NCBI GenBank assembly: GCA_951406725.2
Contig: OX597816.1
Coordinates: 57,040,001 to 57,104,000 of the forward strand
Origin: Octopus vulgaris
Taxonomy: Eukaryota
Direction of reading: 5' to 3'
DNA length: 64,000 bases
Shown here: piece by piece, positions 12,239 to 23,550 of the stretch
Numbering within the stretch: the first letter of the stretch is position 1
How the letters are laid out: each line of letters starts with the position of its first letter
The notes under the pieces: model-generated
What the model was told of the DNA's origin: nothing
Seen by the model: only the letters and a program-made list of their open reading frames with translations
Database searches by the model: none
Translations under genes and position numbers: made by a program

Positions 12239-13345
12239 TAGTAAAAGACAGCCTAAAAACTTGAAAACATTACTAACAAAGGCAAAATTTGACCTTAGCA
12301 ACAAAGACCAAACATTCACTGTATCTAAATGCAATGATAGCCGTTGTGGCACATGCGAATTCATACATACCGGCCAATATATAAACACAAAAACCGGGAA
12401 AATATTCACAAACGCGAATATGAACTGCACTGCATCAAATGCCCAAATTGTGAAGAAATATATGTAGGTCAGACGGGAAATGCACTATCAGAACGCTCAC
12501 GTGTACACCGACAACAGATTAGAGACCCAGAGGTCCGTCAGATACCTTTGAGTAACCATCTAGCAACATGTGGTCGGAAAATATATATAATATTTCCATT
12601 CTACAAATTACACAAGTGAAATCGAGAGGAAAATCAGAGAAAAGAATTTTATTGATAAATTCGAACCAAAGCTAAATAAGCAATAATAATAATACTTAGA
12701 GGTGCTACTTCTACTGCTACGACCATGACCACTAACAACAACAAAAACAATACTAAAGGTGATCAAGATGAAGATAGCAGGAAAATTATCTTATTTAGGC
12801 TTAAAAGTTCTATTGCCACCACCATCACCACTAGCAACAATAATTAAGGTGCTGACAATGATGATGATGACAATTGAAATATAAAAATCCCTGACCAAGG
12901 CTATTTACTAATTTCTAAAAATAGCCCAACAATTGCTGCCTCGGCCAGGGTTAAGATACAGGACTCTTGACATGTTCAAAAAAGCTTGACGCCTAAACCA
13001 ACCAATCAGCTTAAGTAATTGAGTGATGCTACACACTGATTGGTCAGAATACAGTTTGCAAAACCTAGTAATCTGGAGCCCACACAAGTGTATTTAAGGC
13101 ACATCTTAACCATCTCGGTACAGTCAAAAATTGTGAAGCATGGCTGTCACCACTACTACATGAACCTGAAGATTGCAGAATTTAATGCATGAAAGTACTA
13201 GTTCAATCAGAATGAACATTTAACATTCTACTATTTTATTTTATCCTATTATTTTATCGTATATTATATTATAAGATTGTAAATAAAACGTGAAAATCAG
13301 ACAAGGTTGGAATTCCTTTTATTAATATATTCTTCTATACACAAT
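12239..13345 (+). mobile_element. Penelope-like element 3' part: Zn-finger + GIY-YIG endonuclease remnant and pseudo-LTR
   Basis: KRQPKNLKTLLTKAKF...KCNDSRCGTCEFI (frameshift) CIKCPNCEEIYVGQTGNALSERSRVHRQQIR...IDKFEPKLN, followed by a non-coding tail with an HHR and AATAAA. Confidence 0.9.
13161..13205 (+). ncRNA. Minimal type I hammerhead ribozyme in the PLE pLTR
   Basis: tgaac CTGAAGA ttgca gaatttaa tgcat GAAA gtac TA gttca; 5-bp helix I, tgca/tgca helix II, palindromic agtact. Confidence 0.88.
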
Positions 13346-13354
13346 CACACACAC

Positions 13355-13410
<56 letters not shown>

Positions 13411-13413
<3 letters not shown>

Positions 13414-14421
13414 AGTTAGTTAGTTAGTTAATTTGGCTCAAAAGCAAATACCAAGGCCATGTAGGGGGACATGGAGTTAAGTACAGGGTGGTGTTCATGT
13501 AAAGAGTTCAGGCCACTTGAGGTCCAAGGAGGCTTTGAACAAAGCGGTCGTCGGCATCTTCACCATCTCGTCTGGCAGCTTGTTCCACGGATCCGCAACC
13601 CGGACGGTGAAAGCTCCTCTCCTTCGATTGAGATGAAATCGTCGCAGGTAGAGCTTTTCGGAATGACCCCGCAGCCGACGCTCCGGAGCAGGAGTGAAGA
13701 ACAGCTCTTTCGAGAGGTTACATTTCCCGCTTATGATGTTGTGGGCGAGAATGAGATCACCACGGCGGCGGCGTTTTTCAAGTGAATAAAGGTCGAGCGT
13801 CCTCAGCCTTTCTTCGTAGGACAAATTTTTGAGACCATGAACCATGCGGGTAGCCAGCCTCTGGACTCTTTCGGGATGCTGTATGTCTTTGAGGAGATAA
13901 GGAGAAGAGGCTTGAATCCCATACTCCAATATGGGTCTCACCAGCGTGACATAGAGTGGTAGGAATATGGCTGCTGTGAGCATTCCGAATGACCGTCGAA
14001 TCAAAAACAGAATTCCGCGCGCTTTGTTAGCAGCATGGACGCACTGGGCCGAAGGCGAAAAGGAGGAATCCACCAAGATACCCAGGTCCTTTACCTGATC
14101 GGTCCTCTCCAGCAGCAGACGACCCGGCTCGAAATCAAGTTGAGTTGCAGGAGTAGAGCCGACAGGCAGATGACAGCACTTTGACACGTTCAGACACAGG
14201 TCCCAATCGTTAGACCACTTCCAAATTTGGTGGAGGCATCGATGAAGATCCTCTATACTACCGCGAGGAGCGACCAGTTTGATATCGTCGGCAAATAGAA
14301 GGGTGTGTTGCGTGAGGTCGTCGGGCAAGTCATTTATGAAGACTAAGAACAACAATGGCCCAAGCACTGAACCTTGAGGCACGCCACTGCTCGCACTGGA
14401 GACGTCGGACCGCGAACCATT
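13411..14421 (-). mobile_element. 5'-truncated CR1/L2-group LINE with an open RT C-terminal frame and (TAAC)n tail
   Basis: 295-aa ORF 13495-14382 with PQGSVLGPLLFLVFINDL, LFADD, VRPILEY, RRRGDLI, LRGH; short 3' UTR ending at the gttagttag tract 13411-13430. Confidence 0.93.
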
Positions 14422-14677
14422 AACTTGAACTTGGAGTATATATATACACGCACATATATATACATATGTACATATACGTATATGTAATTATATAATATAG
14501 ATATACATATACGTGTACGTACGTACGTACATACATACATACACACATACATGCATACATACATACATACATACATACATACATACATACATACATACAT
14601 ACATACATACATGCATGCATGCATACATACATACATACATACATACATACATACATACATACATACATACATACATA

Positions 14678-15420
14678 GTAACTATGAATGGATATGTTAC
14701 TAAAAAGCTCCGTGATGATAGTAACATCGATCATCAAAGCAGTCTATCATGGATGAATAGCCGGATTACTACCTCCCACTTTAAAGGATATGCGTTTTCA
14801 ATCCAGAAACAGGAAACATCAACCAAGTACCTGATACACAAAAGGGATTGAGATGCAGGAAAAGCAGAGAAATGTGACAACCGATACAGACTTTGTGGAA
14901 ATAACACCGAGGATATCACCCACATCATAAACAGTTGTCCGAAAACGTCATCACGGTATAATCTACCGATGAGACATGACGTTGTGGCTAGGACACTCTA
15001 TAATGAAATCCATCTGATGGATAATCCCGAGGACAAAGATTTTAGAAGCCACAATATAGTAGAAGCCATTGCCACTCATAATAAAAAAGGAATACTGGTG
15101 GAATGTAACAGTGTAAACCTCAATAAAATGTAAGCACAACGGACCTGATATAATGATTTGGGATAGAGAAGATAAATTGTGTACAATTGTGGAAATTAGC
15201 TGCCCAACGGATGTTAACATAAAGCTGAAGATCTGTGAAAAAGATAACACTTATGCTGAACGAATGAGGAATCTGCAGTTACTCTACGCAGATTACGAGT
15301 TTAGGATTATACCTGTAATTATTGGGGACCTGGGATATGTAACACACTGCCTAAATACCAATCTTGCGAAATTAGGCTTCTCAAAACCAGAAAGGAGTAA
15401 GTTGATTCGAAGACTATAGA
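14678..15420 (+). mobile_element. R4/Dong-like RLE LINE C-terminal fragment
   Basis: IQKQETSTKY...RLCGNNTEDITHIINSCP...RHDVVAR (CCHC knuckle), then PDIMIWDREDKLCTIVEISCP...EKDNTY...IIPVIIGDLG (PD-(D/E)xK nuclease). Confidence 0.85.
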
Positions 15421-15440
15421 CCTAATATATATAGATCTAA

Positions 15441-15513
<73 letters not shown>

Positions 15514-15973
15514 CGGGAAGGTTTACGAAAATAAACAAAAGACAAAGGCAGGTGGAGTACAAACAAACAAATGTATTAGTATGGCGCTCAGGAATAGAAA
15601 TAGAACAAGTCTTTTACGTTTCGAGCCTACGCTCTTCGACAGAAGGATACACAGAAAAAAACAAAGGAGAGAAAAATGCGTGTAGGAGCTAACGATCTAT
15701 CATAGCTTAATAGTGAGGGATTATCAATCTGGCCAAAATCCTCCATAAACTGTCTTTTGGCACACCAGGCTAATACAATTGTTTTGTTTAGTAACGAACT
15801 CCTAGTTTTCTATTCCTTCCCCTCTTACTTCCCCATCTTCACTTTAATACTTCCCTTCCAAATCGTAACTTGTCTTCTTCTTTCCTCTTTATCTCTATTT
15901 CACTTGTCTCTTTCCTACTCTTTTCTCCCCCCCCCCCACCTCCTTCAGTGTTCTGCTTTCTTCTAACGAGAAA

Positions 15974-16086
15974 TGGCTCTGACGGAAGAAAGTCGCATTA
16001 ATTTTCTTAGCTCGTTCAATTTGCCTGAATTGAGTAAACCTATCAGTAATGTACCTGTAATGACTACTGGAAACAGCTGTAAGCCA
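15974..16086 (+). ncRNA. Hammerhead-like motif with extended domain II (core variant CTGACGG)
   Basis: tggct CTGACGG...agtcgcatta...taatgact actg GAAA cagctg TA agcca; perfect 5-bp helix I. Confidence 0.6.
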
Positions 16087-16721
16087 GCTTTAATCGAGAA
16101 AGGTGAAATATGTAATGACCATTATTTATACATACAGTCATAAGACTAATTATTAGCCAGACTCAGGTTAGAATTTGAAAAGAGACGCATGTCAATGAGA
16201 GGTCGCGAATATTGACGAAAGGACTTTCACAAACAAGCAACCGATTGATTGCTTGATGAACGTATTAAACAAACGATCGATTAGTTAGCTGGTTAGACAT
16301 TTAACCAATTAACTAACAATGAAGAAGTGAAATTGAACCAGTGCCTGTGTTATTACTTTTGGCGTAATAACCCTCCCGAGAAACAACAATACATATATTT
16401 ATACACACACACACACACATATATATATATACATATATATATACACACACACTCGTGTGTGTGTGTGTTATACATATGCACATAGGATGTCAAAAATCTC
16501 CTACATTTTACATGTTAACAAATATTTCAATCCCAAATGCACAGTACACAACAGTCTAAACCATAGCGATAACTAAAACAAAATATAAAAGAACGATGAA
16601 ACATTAGCTGCATGCACACCCTGTTACCACCTACTTATCTCTACTAGAGCCACAGCAATGGCCGTGTAAAATATAGGACGAGTTTCGTTGCACTCTCTAT
16701 AAATGTATATAATATATGTAT

Positions 16722-16937
16722 ACTCTTACTCTTTACTCTTTTACTTGTTTCAGTCATTTGACTGCGGCTATGCTGGAGCACCGCCTTTTAGTCGAGCAAA
16801 TCGACCCCGGGACTTATTCTTTGTAAGCCCAGTACTTATTCTATCGGTCTCTTTTGCCGAACCGCTAAGTGACGGGGACGTAAACACACCAGCATCGGTT
16901 GTCAAGCAATGCTAGGGGGACAAACAAAGACACACAA

Positions 16938-16984
<47 letters not shown>

Positions 16985-17147
16985 CGACAGGCTTCTTTCA
17001 GTTTCCGTCTACCAAATCCACTCACAAGGCATTGGTCGGCCAGGGGCTATAGCAGAAGACATTTGCCCAAGATGCCACGCAGTGGGACTGAACTCGGAAC
17101 CATGTGGTTGGTAAGCAAGCTACTTACCACACAACCACCCCTGCGCC
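16722..17147 (-). mobile_element. SINE family A, full length
   Basis: Reverse complement of 24450-24850, including head and (AAGAGT)-type tail. Confidence 0.92.
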
Positions 17148-17833
17148 TATCTAAAAATTAGAAGTAGATGTTTAGCCTACATCAAAAGCAGAATCTTACT
17201 TTCACAAGCAAAGAACAGATAATGATTTTGTATGGACTTTAAGATACTAATTTAACCTAATTGAATTCCTATAAGGTTTGCTGACGATGAAATCCCTGTC
17301 CGATTTAATTTCATTTAAGTAGAATTAAAGAGATTTAAATTAGGCGTGAAATTAAAATTGCAACGCCGAATATATCTGTTTCAAGATATTCTCTTCCAAA
17401 TATTTAATTTAGGGGCTTAAATAATTTATTGCAGTCTCAGAGAATCCTAGAGTTACGCTTGAGTTCACAAATAATGTTTATTTTTAAGTTAATCAGATGG
17501 GGGCGGTACAGTTCTCATGACTTTCGGAGTGCTCGGTTATGTGACATTGAGGTCGTAGTTGTGTCAGTATCTCCAAGGATAACATGGGGTGGGAAAGGGG
17601 GAAAACTGTCTAGTCTGATCGCTTCCAGTTCTTTTAAAAGTACCCAAGAACTATATAGGGGTATTAAACAGAGCCGTGTATAGGATGCACTATTCATTCT
17701 TTCCTCCTCATCCTCTTCATCTTCATCCTCATACTCCTCGTCAGTAAAACTACGATGAGCTATGAAATATTGCCTATAGTATTCAGTTCGTCGGCCCTGG
17801 ACTTATAGAAAGAGAGAGAGAGAGATTAGATAG

Positions 17834-17872
<39 letters not shown>

Positions 17873-17879
17873 TAAATAA

Positions 17880-17933
<54 letters not shown>

Positions 17934-17951
17934 ATAAATAGATAGATAGAC

Positions 17952-18005
<54 letters not shown>

Positions 18006-18014
18006 GTAGATAGA

Positions 18015-18054
<40 letters not shown>

Positions 18055-18101
18055 TTGATAAATAGATAGATGTATATATATGTGATATATATATATATAT
18101 T

Positions 18102-18133
<32 letters not shown>

Positions 18134-19104
18134 TACAGAAGCACAATTAAAGGTTACGAACGCTACATATCTGGAATCTTTAAATTAAATTTTGTCCAGT
18201 AGTTCTTTATCTTTATTAGTCTAGCTCAATAATAAATTTTTAAGGGGTGAAAGGTAATATAAGTCTTTACTCATTTATTTATTTTTCTCTCTCTATTTTC
18301 ACTCTTTACTCTATTTTGATTTATTTATTTTACTTTATTCTTGTTTTTATTTTATAATTTTAATGTACCCTAACATTAAGTTAATATAGTTATTAGTCTT
18401 TTCACCCTTTCGATATTTATAATAAGTAATAGATTGCCTGAATTTTCCTCCACTTTAATTAAATATTAATAACTATATACACTTGAATTAAACCCTACAT
18501 GCTAATTTTATATTGATTTAATAAGGATAGACATAATAGCACAATATGACCTTTTTACCAATTGTATCTACTTCAGCTTTCTTATACCTAACACCCCAGA
18601 TGAATATATTGTTATATTCTTACTTTACAACTCCAGTATACACAACCTTACTCCCCTTCTATGGTCTCTACCATTTCTTACACTCTGTTCTGTATGTCTA
18701 AATCTTATCAGTTAATGCCTTGCAGCCGTTTACTCAACATGCAGAAATTGAACACCTATTTTGTATATCTTTACCTCTCAAGAGATTCGACTTTCAAATA
18801 ACTTTTAATTTAGTTAATTAATTTTCTGAAGATCTGGAATTGAAACAGCTGTAAGGGATCTTAGTCAGTTTTTTAATTACTAAATAAGAATTTATTAATT
18901 ACCTCTCTATTTTCTCATCTTATTATATATATATATACACACATACATACGTGCATATAAATATATACATACATATATACTTACGAGCATATATATATAT
19001 ATAATATTAATTAGAGACAAAACCACTATTTTGCAAATCAAACAAAGAAAGACTTAATCCAACACATAAAAAAATTTAATATAAATTAAATAAAATTAAA
19101 TTCG

Positions 19105-19150
19105 CCACTACAATTGTTTCGTGTCTCTTCAAAGGACATTCATCAGGTGG
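19105..19150 (-). ncRNA. Type I hammerhead ribozyme motif (left arm)
   Basis: Reverse complement of 19187-19232. Confidence 0.85.
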
Positions 19151-19186
19151 ATTTCAGATCTTAAAATTGAATAGAAGATCTGAAAT

Positions 19187-19232
19187 CCACCTGATGAATG
19201 TCCTTTGAAGAGACACGAAACAATTGTAGTGG
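19187..19232 (+). ncRNA. Type I hammerhead ribozyme motif (right arm)
   Basis: ccac CTGATGA atgtc ctttgaaga gacac GAAA caattg TA gtgg; canonical core, GUA site. Confidence 0.87.
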
Positions 19233-19421
19233 CGAATTTAATTTTATTTAATTTATATTAAATTTTTTTATGTATTGGATTAAGTCTTTCTTTGTTTGAT
19301 TTGCAAAATAGTGGTTTTGTCTCTAATTAATATTATATAATATTTTACTATAAAATTGGATTCAATCCTAAATCTGATTTTTCCCTGTAAATTTGGATTT
19401 ATTCCCTAATATTTATTATTA

Positions 19422-19475
<54 letters not shown>

Positions 19476-19683
19476 GTAAGATCCAGGGATCAAAGTGTAA
19501 GGAATTTGTAAGCTTCGAGCAGTCCGTGAGAGATATGAGTTCCTATGAATGCGAATATAAATCTTAATATTCTAGATTAAAAATGAACTTCGTTTATCCA
19601 AATTTTGAAAAATGAAAGAAGAAAAAAACCGCATTATTTATGGTATGATGAAACATATATATATATATATATATACATACATA

Positions 19684-19736
<53 letters not shown>

Positions 19737-19950
19737 TCGAGACAAAGAATAAGTAAAGAAAATCTCTTTATTACAAAATACAAGCCACTTCTTAACGGGT
19801 CTACGACAAACAATTAATATACCTCAACTTTAGAATAAAAGAAAAAAATATATATACACACACAAATACTACACTCCATAGAATCCATTACTAATCAGCC
19901 CCTTCATAGCTATATTTACACCCATTCATATTCTCCCTTCTCTGTTTTTT

Positions 19951-20229
19951 TCTTCTTCTTCTTCTTCATCATCATCGTTATCATCATCATCGGCGTCATC
20001 ATCATCACCACCATCATCACCACCATCTTCTCCTTCTCCTTCTTCTTCTTCTTCTTCTTCTTCTTCTTCTTCTTCTTCTTCTTCTTCTTCTTCTTCTTCT
20101 TCTTCTTCTTCTTCTTCTTCATCATCATCGTTATCATCATCATCGTCGTCATAATCATCACCACCATCACCATCATCTTCTCCTTCTCCTCTTCTTCTTC
20201 TTCTTCTTCTTCTTCTTCTTCTTCTTCTC
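19951..20229. repeat. Compound (CTT)n/(CAT)n trinucleotide repeat with internal duplication
   Basis: The cat/cac block occurs twice between ctt tracts. Confidence 0.9.
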
Positions 20230-20673
20230 CACCCCCTACCCCTTAAGTTTGTCACTAATGTTTTTTAGTATAACACCTACGCTAATTCTATAAACAATCC
20301 TGAATTGAACTGAGACTGCCAGCCGCCACTGACCATTCAAAATACGACCATCAGGGCACTCCCAGATTCTCCCACCCCCTTTCCTCACCAGCCTTCCCTC
20401 TACTACCCTACCAAGAACTCACAACTACCTCGAACACACAAGTGCAAACAAGGGAGTCAGAGAAAGGCAGAATGCCACTTAAATCTGAACACTACTATAG
20501 AAATATTCCTTTAAAAAAACTTTTCTTCTAATTTTTCTAAATTTAATTATTTAATCGTTACAGTTGAAAAGGTCTCAAAATGACCGAAACCGGTACTGAA
20601 ATGTTCGCTATAAAATTATTTTAGCATTTTCTATTTTTTACTTGTTTTTTCATATATATATATATATATATAT

Positions 20674-20757
<84 letters not shown>

Positions 20758-20864
20758 GTAACATATAATAGGTATACATAGGTATACATAGGTATATATA
20801 GGTATATATATAGTATGATACATTAATTGCTGACACATTTATGTATGTAATATGTATGCCGAAC

Positions 20865-21235
20865 GCATGGCACTGTATTCAGTCCCAATGCGTGGCACCT
20901 TGGGTAAATATCTTCTATAGCCTCAGGTCGACCAAACCTTTGTGAGTGGACTCAGTAGATGGAAACTGAAAGGCGCCCGTTTCGTGTGAGTGTGTGCGTG
21001 CGTGTGTGTGTGTCTGTGTTTATGTGTATGTGAGAGTATGTATCTGTGTTTGTCTCCCACCACCGCTTGACGACCGTGGTGGTGTGTTTACGTCCCTGTA
21101 ACTTACCAGTTATGCAAAAGAGATCGATAGAATAAGTAGTAGGATTCAAAAAATATAAATCCTAGGGTGGATTTGTTCCACTAAAACCCTTCAGCATGGC
21201 CGCAGTCAAATGACTGAAGCAAGTAAAAAATGAAA
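20865..21235 (+). mobile_element. SINE family A, degenerate
   Basis: ttcagtcccaatgcgtggcaccttggg...gcatggccgcagtcaaatgactga. Confidence 0.85.
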
Positions 21236-21461
21236 GGTATAGATGCATCAATATATATATATATATATATCGCTTACTGGCTAGATCATCATCAAGTTTT
21301 TACCTCGCCTGTTTATACCTGTTTAAAATTTTATCTGAGGATGGTGGATTATATGTTATGATGTAATCTATAAATGCGTCAATAAAATTCTATCAAAACA
21401 GCTGCAGTATATGTTCAACCACATTTGTGATCGTTTTTATATAAATGTATGCACTTACATA

Positions 21462-21848
21462 TGGATGGAAGCACTCCGTCGGTTACGACGACGAGGGTTC
21501 CGGTTGATCCGAATCAACGGAACAGCCAGCTCGTGAAATTAACGTGTAAGTGGCTGAGCACTCCACAGACACGTGTACCCTTAACGTAGTTCTCGGGGAT
21601 ATTCAGCGTGACACAGAGAGTGACAAAGCCGGCCCTTTGAAATACAGGTACAACAGAAACAGGAAGTAAGAGTGAGAGAAAGTTGTGGTGAAAGAGTACA
21701 GCAGGGATCACCACCATCCCCTGCCGGAGCCTCGTGGAGCTTTGGGTGTTTTCGCTCAATAAACACTCACAACGCCCGGTCTGGGAATCGAAACTGCGAT
21801 CCTACGACCGCGAGTCCGCTGTCCTAACCACTGGGCCATTGCGCCTCC
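21462..21848 (-). mobile_element. tRNA-derived SINE family C, alternative 3' tail
   Basis: Minus head ggaggcgcaatggcccagtggttaggacagcggactcgcggtcg...gtttcgattccca (A/B-box-like); tail differs from the 38078/47996/50092 copies. Confidence 0.88.
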
Positions 21849-22575
21849 ACATGCACTTACATATATTTGTTATATGGCAATTGGTGAACATTAACACTGT
21901 CAATTACTGCCTCACGATGGCTCATCTAATGGTTTTTATGCTTTTATGACAAGATCGATCGAACCTGCATCTACATGTCGGCAAAACAAACTTGCTAACC
22001 ACTCAGCCACTGCGAGAAAGGAAAGTTTTTTACAATTACTACAACAAACTAATCATGTCTTCAACTTGTCACTTAAAATATCAGCTGTTTATATCATCTT
22101 GTATAACTTAGCTGAAAGTTTCTAACCGTGGCCATAACCCAGTAACCTCCTCCTCCTGATCACCAACACCACCCATGCTACTAACCTCCTCCTCCTCCTC
22201 CTCCTCATCATCATCATCATCAACACTATCGTATTCCAATCCCAAATTTTTTGATAAATGATTTATTAATAACCCAATTTGTGTCCTAAAATGGATATGA
22301 TCCTCATTTTTCAAACTTACACCCGTACTTACAGATATATATATATAATTAATCAATATAGGGTGGCAAAAAAAATTTTGTAGAATTCTTTTGCCACCAG
22401 CGGCCTAGTAGGAAAAAATTAAATAGTCATAGACCATTTTTAAGTTTAACATCAACAATCAAGGAACGGCCATAATAGGCCATTCACCCACTAGAAATAA
22501 CAGCCAAAGCTTCAACCGCAAATAAAAGTTAATTCTGTAAACCAGGAGAAAATTTAAAAAAACATTTACCCTGTA

Positions 22576-22682
22576 ATTTCTTATACGATATACCGTTTCA
22601 TCTGCTGATTAATGGTAAACTAACCTGATTAAATTAAATCAAGCCAATCTTCCACAGGCCCTCAGATTCTTCAGTAAGAAAT
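22576..22682 (-). ncRNA. Type I hammerhead ribozyme motif (family 2, copy 1)
   Basis: Reverse complement of 23444-23550. Confidence 0.88.
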
Positions 22683-23066
22683 AGCCCAAGTCGGAGCAGA
22701 TATTTTCACGAGGCATTTCCGACCTTGCCAAGTTTATATCTGACCTAAAATTTTCAAATCGTCGCACTCGCGCCAAATTTATCGGCAGCAAATAAATATA
22801 AGCCGTCGATTCCATTACGGAATTAACCAGAAAATTCATAATTAATCAATATAGGGTGCCAAAAAAAATTTTGTAGAATTCTTTTGCCACCAGCGGCCTA
22901 GTAGGAAAAAATTAAATAGTCATAGACCATTTTTAAGTTTAACATCAACAATCAAGGAACGGCCATAATAGGCCATTCACCCACTAGAAATAACAGCCAA
23001 AGCTTCAACCGCAAATAAAAGTTAATTCTGTAAACCAGGAGAAAATTTAAAAACATTTACCCTGTA

Positions 23067-23173
23067 ATTTCTTATACGATATACCGTTTCATCTGCTGAT
23101 TAATGGTAAACTAACCTGATTAAATTAAATCAAGCCAATCTTCCACAGGCCCTCAGATTCTTCAGTAAGAAAT
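23067..23173 (-). ncRNA. Type I hammerhead ribozyme motif (family 2, copy 2)
   Basis: Reverse complement of 23444-23550. Confidence 0.88.
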
Positions 23174-23443
23174 AGCCCAAGTCGGAGCAGATATTTTCAC
23201 GAGGCATTTCCGACCTTTTTCCTACTAGGCCGCTGGTGGCAAAAGAATTCTACAAAATTTTTTTTGGCACCCTATATTGATTAATTATGAATTTTCTGGT
23301 TAATTCCGTAATGGAATCGACGGCTTATATTTATTTGCTGCCGATAAATTTGGCGCGAGTGCGACGATTTGAAAATTTTAGGTCAGATATAAACTTGGCA
23401 AGGTCGGAAATGCCTCGTGAAAATATCTGCTCCGACTTGGGCT

Positions 23444-23550
23444 ATTTCTTACTGAAGAATCTGAGGGCCTGTGGAAGATTGGCTTGATTTAATTTAATCA
23501 GGTTAGTTTACCATTAATCAGCAGATGAAACGGTATATCGTATAAGAAAT
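23444..23550 (+). ncRNA. Type I hammerhead ribozyme with long helix II insertion (family 2, inverted arm)
   Basis: atttctta CTGAAGA atctg [~58 nt] cagat GAAA cggtatatcg TA taagaaat; 8-bp helix I, 5-bp helix II base, GUA site. Confidence 0.9.

Larger units (their letters stand above)
19000..19425. mobile_element. Palindromic HHR-bearing pLTR-like element in (TA)n
   Basis: Arms ~19000-19162 and 19175-19338 are near-perfect reverse complements around a 12-nt spacer; the right arm extends to ~19425. Confidence 0.85.

Noticed and set aside
13411-13430. (GTTA)n as a telomeric repeat
   Set aside because: It is a short LINE 3' tail, not TTAGGG.
13495-14382. Functional RT gene
   Set aside because: 5'-truncated in the middle of the RT domain, with a non-ATG start; a retrotransposed fragment.
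17278-17315. CTGACGA followed by a tgaaat/atttca hairpin
   Set aside because: No GAAA or helix I partner follows.
21770-21848. tRNA gene
   Set aside because: tRNA-like head fused to a SINE body in several copies; not a standalone tRNA.
22639-23487. Identical 66-aa ORF (MNFLVNSVMEST...) on both strands
   Set aside because: A consequence of the inverted duplication; no recognisable domain, and it overlaps the ribozyme. A small peptide cannot be strictly excluded.
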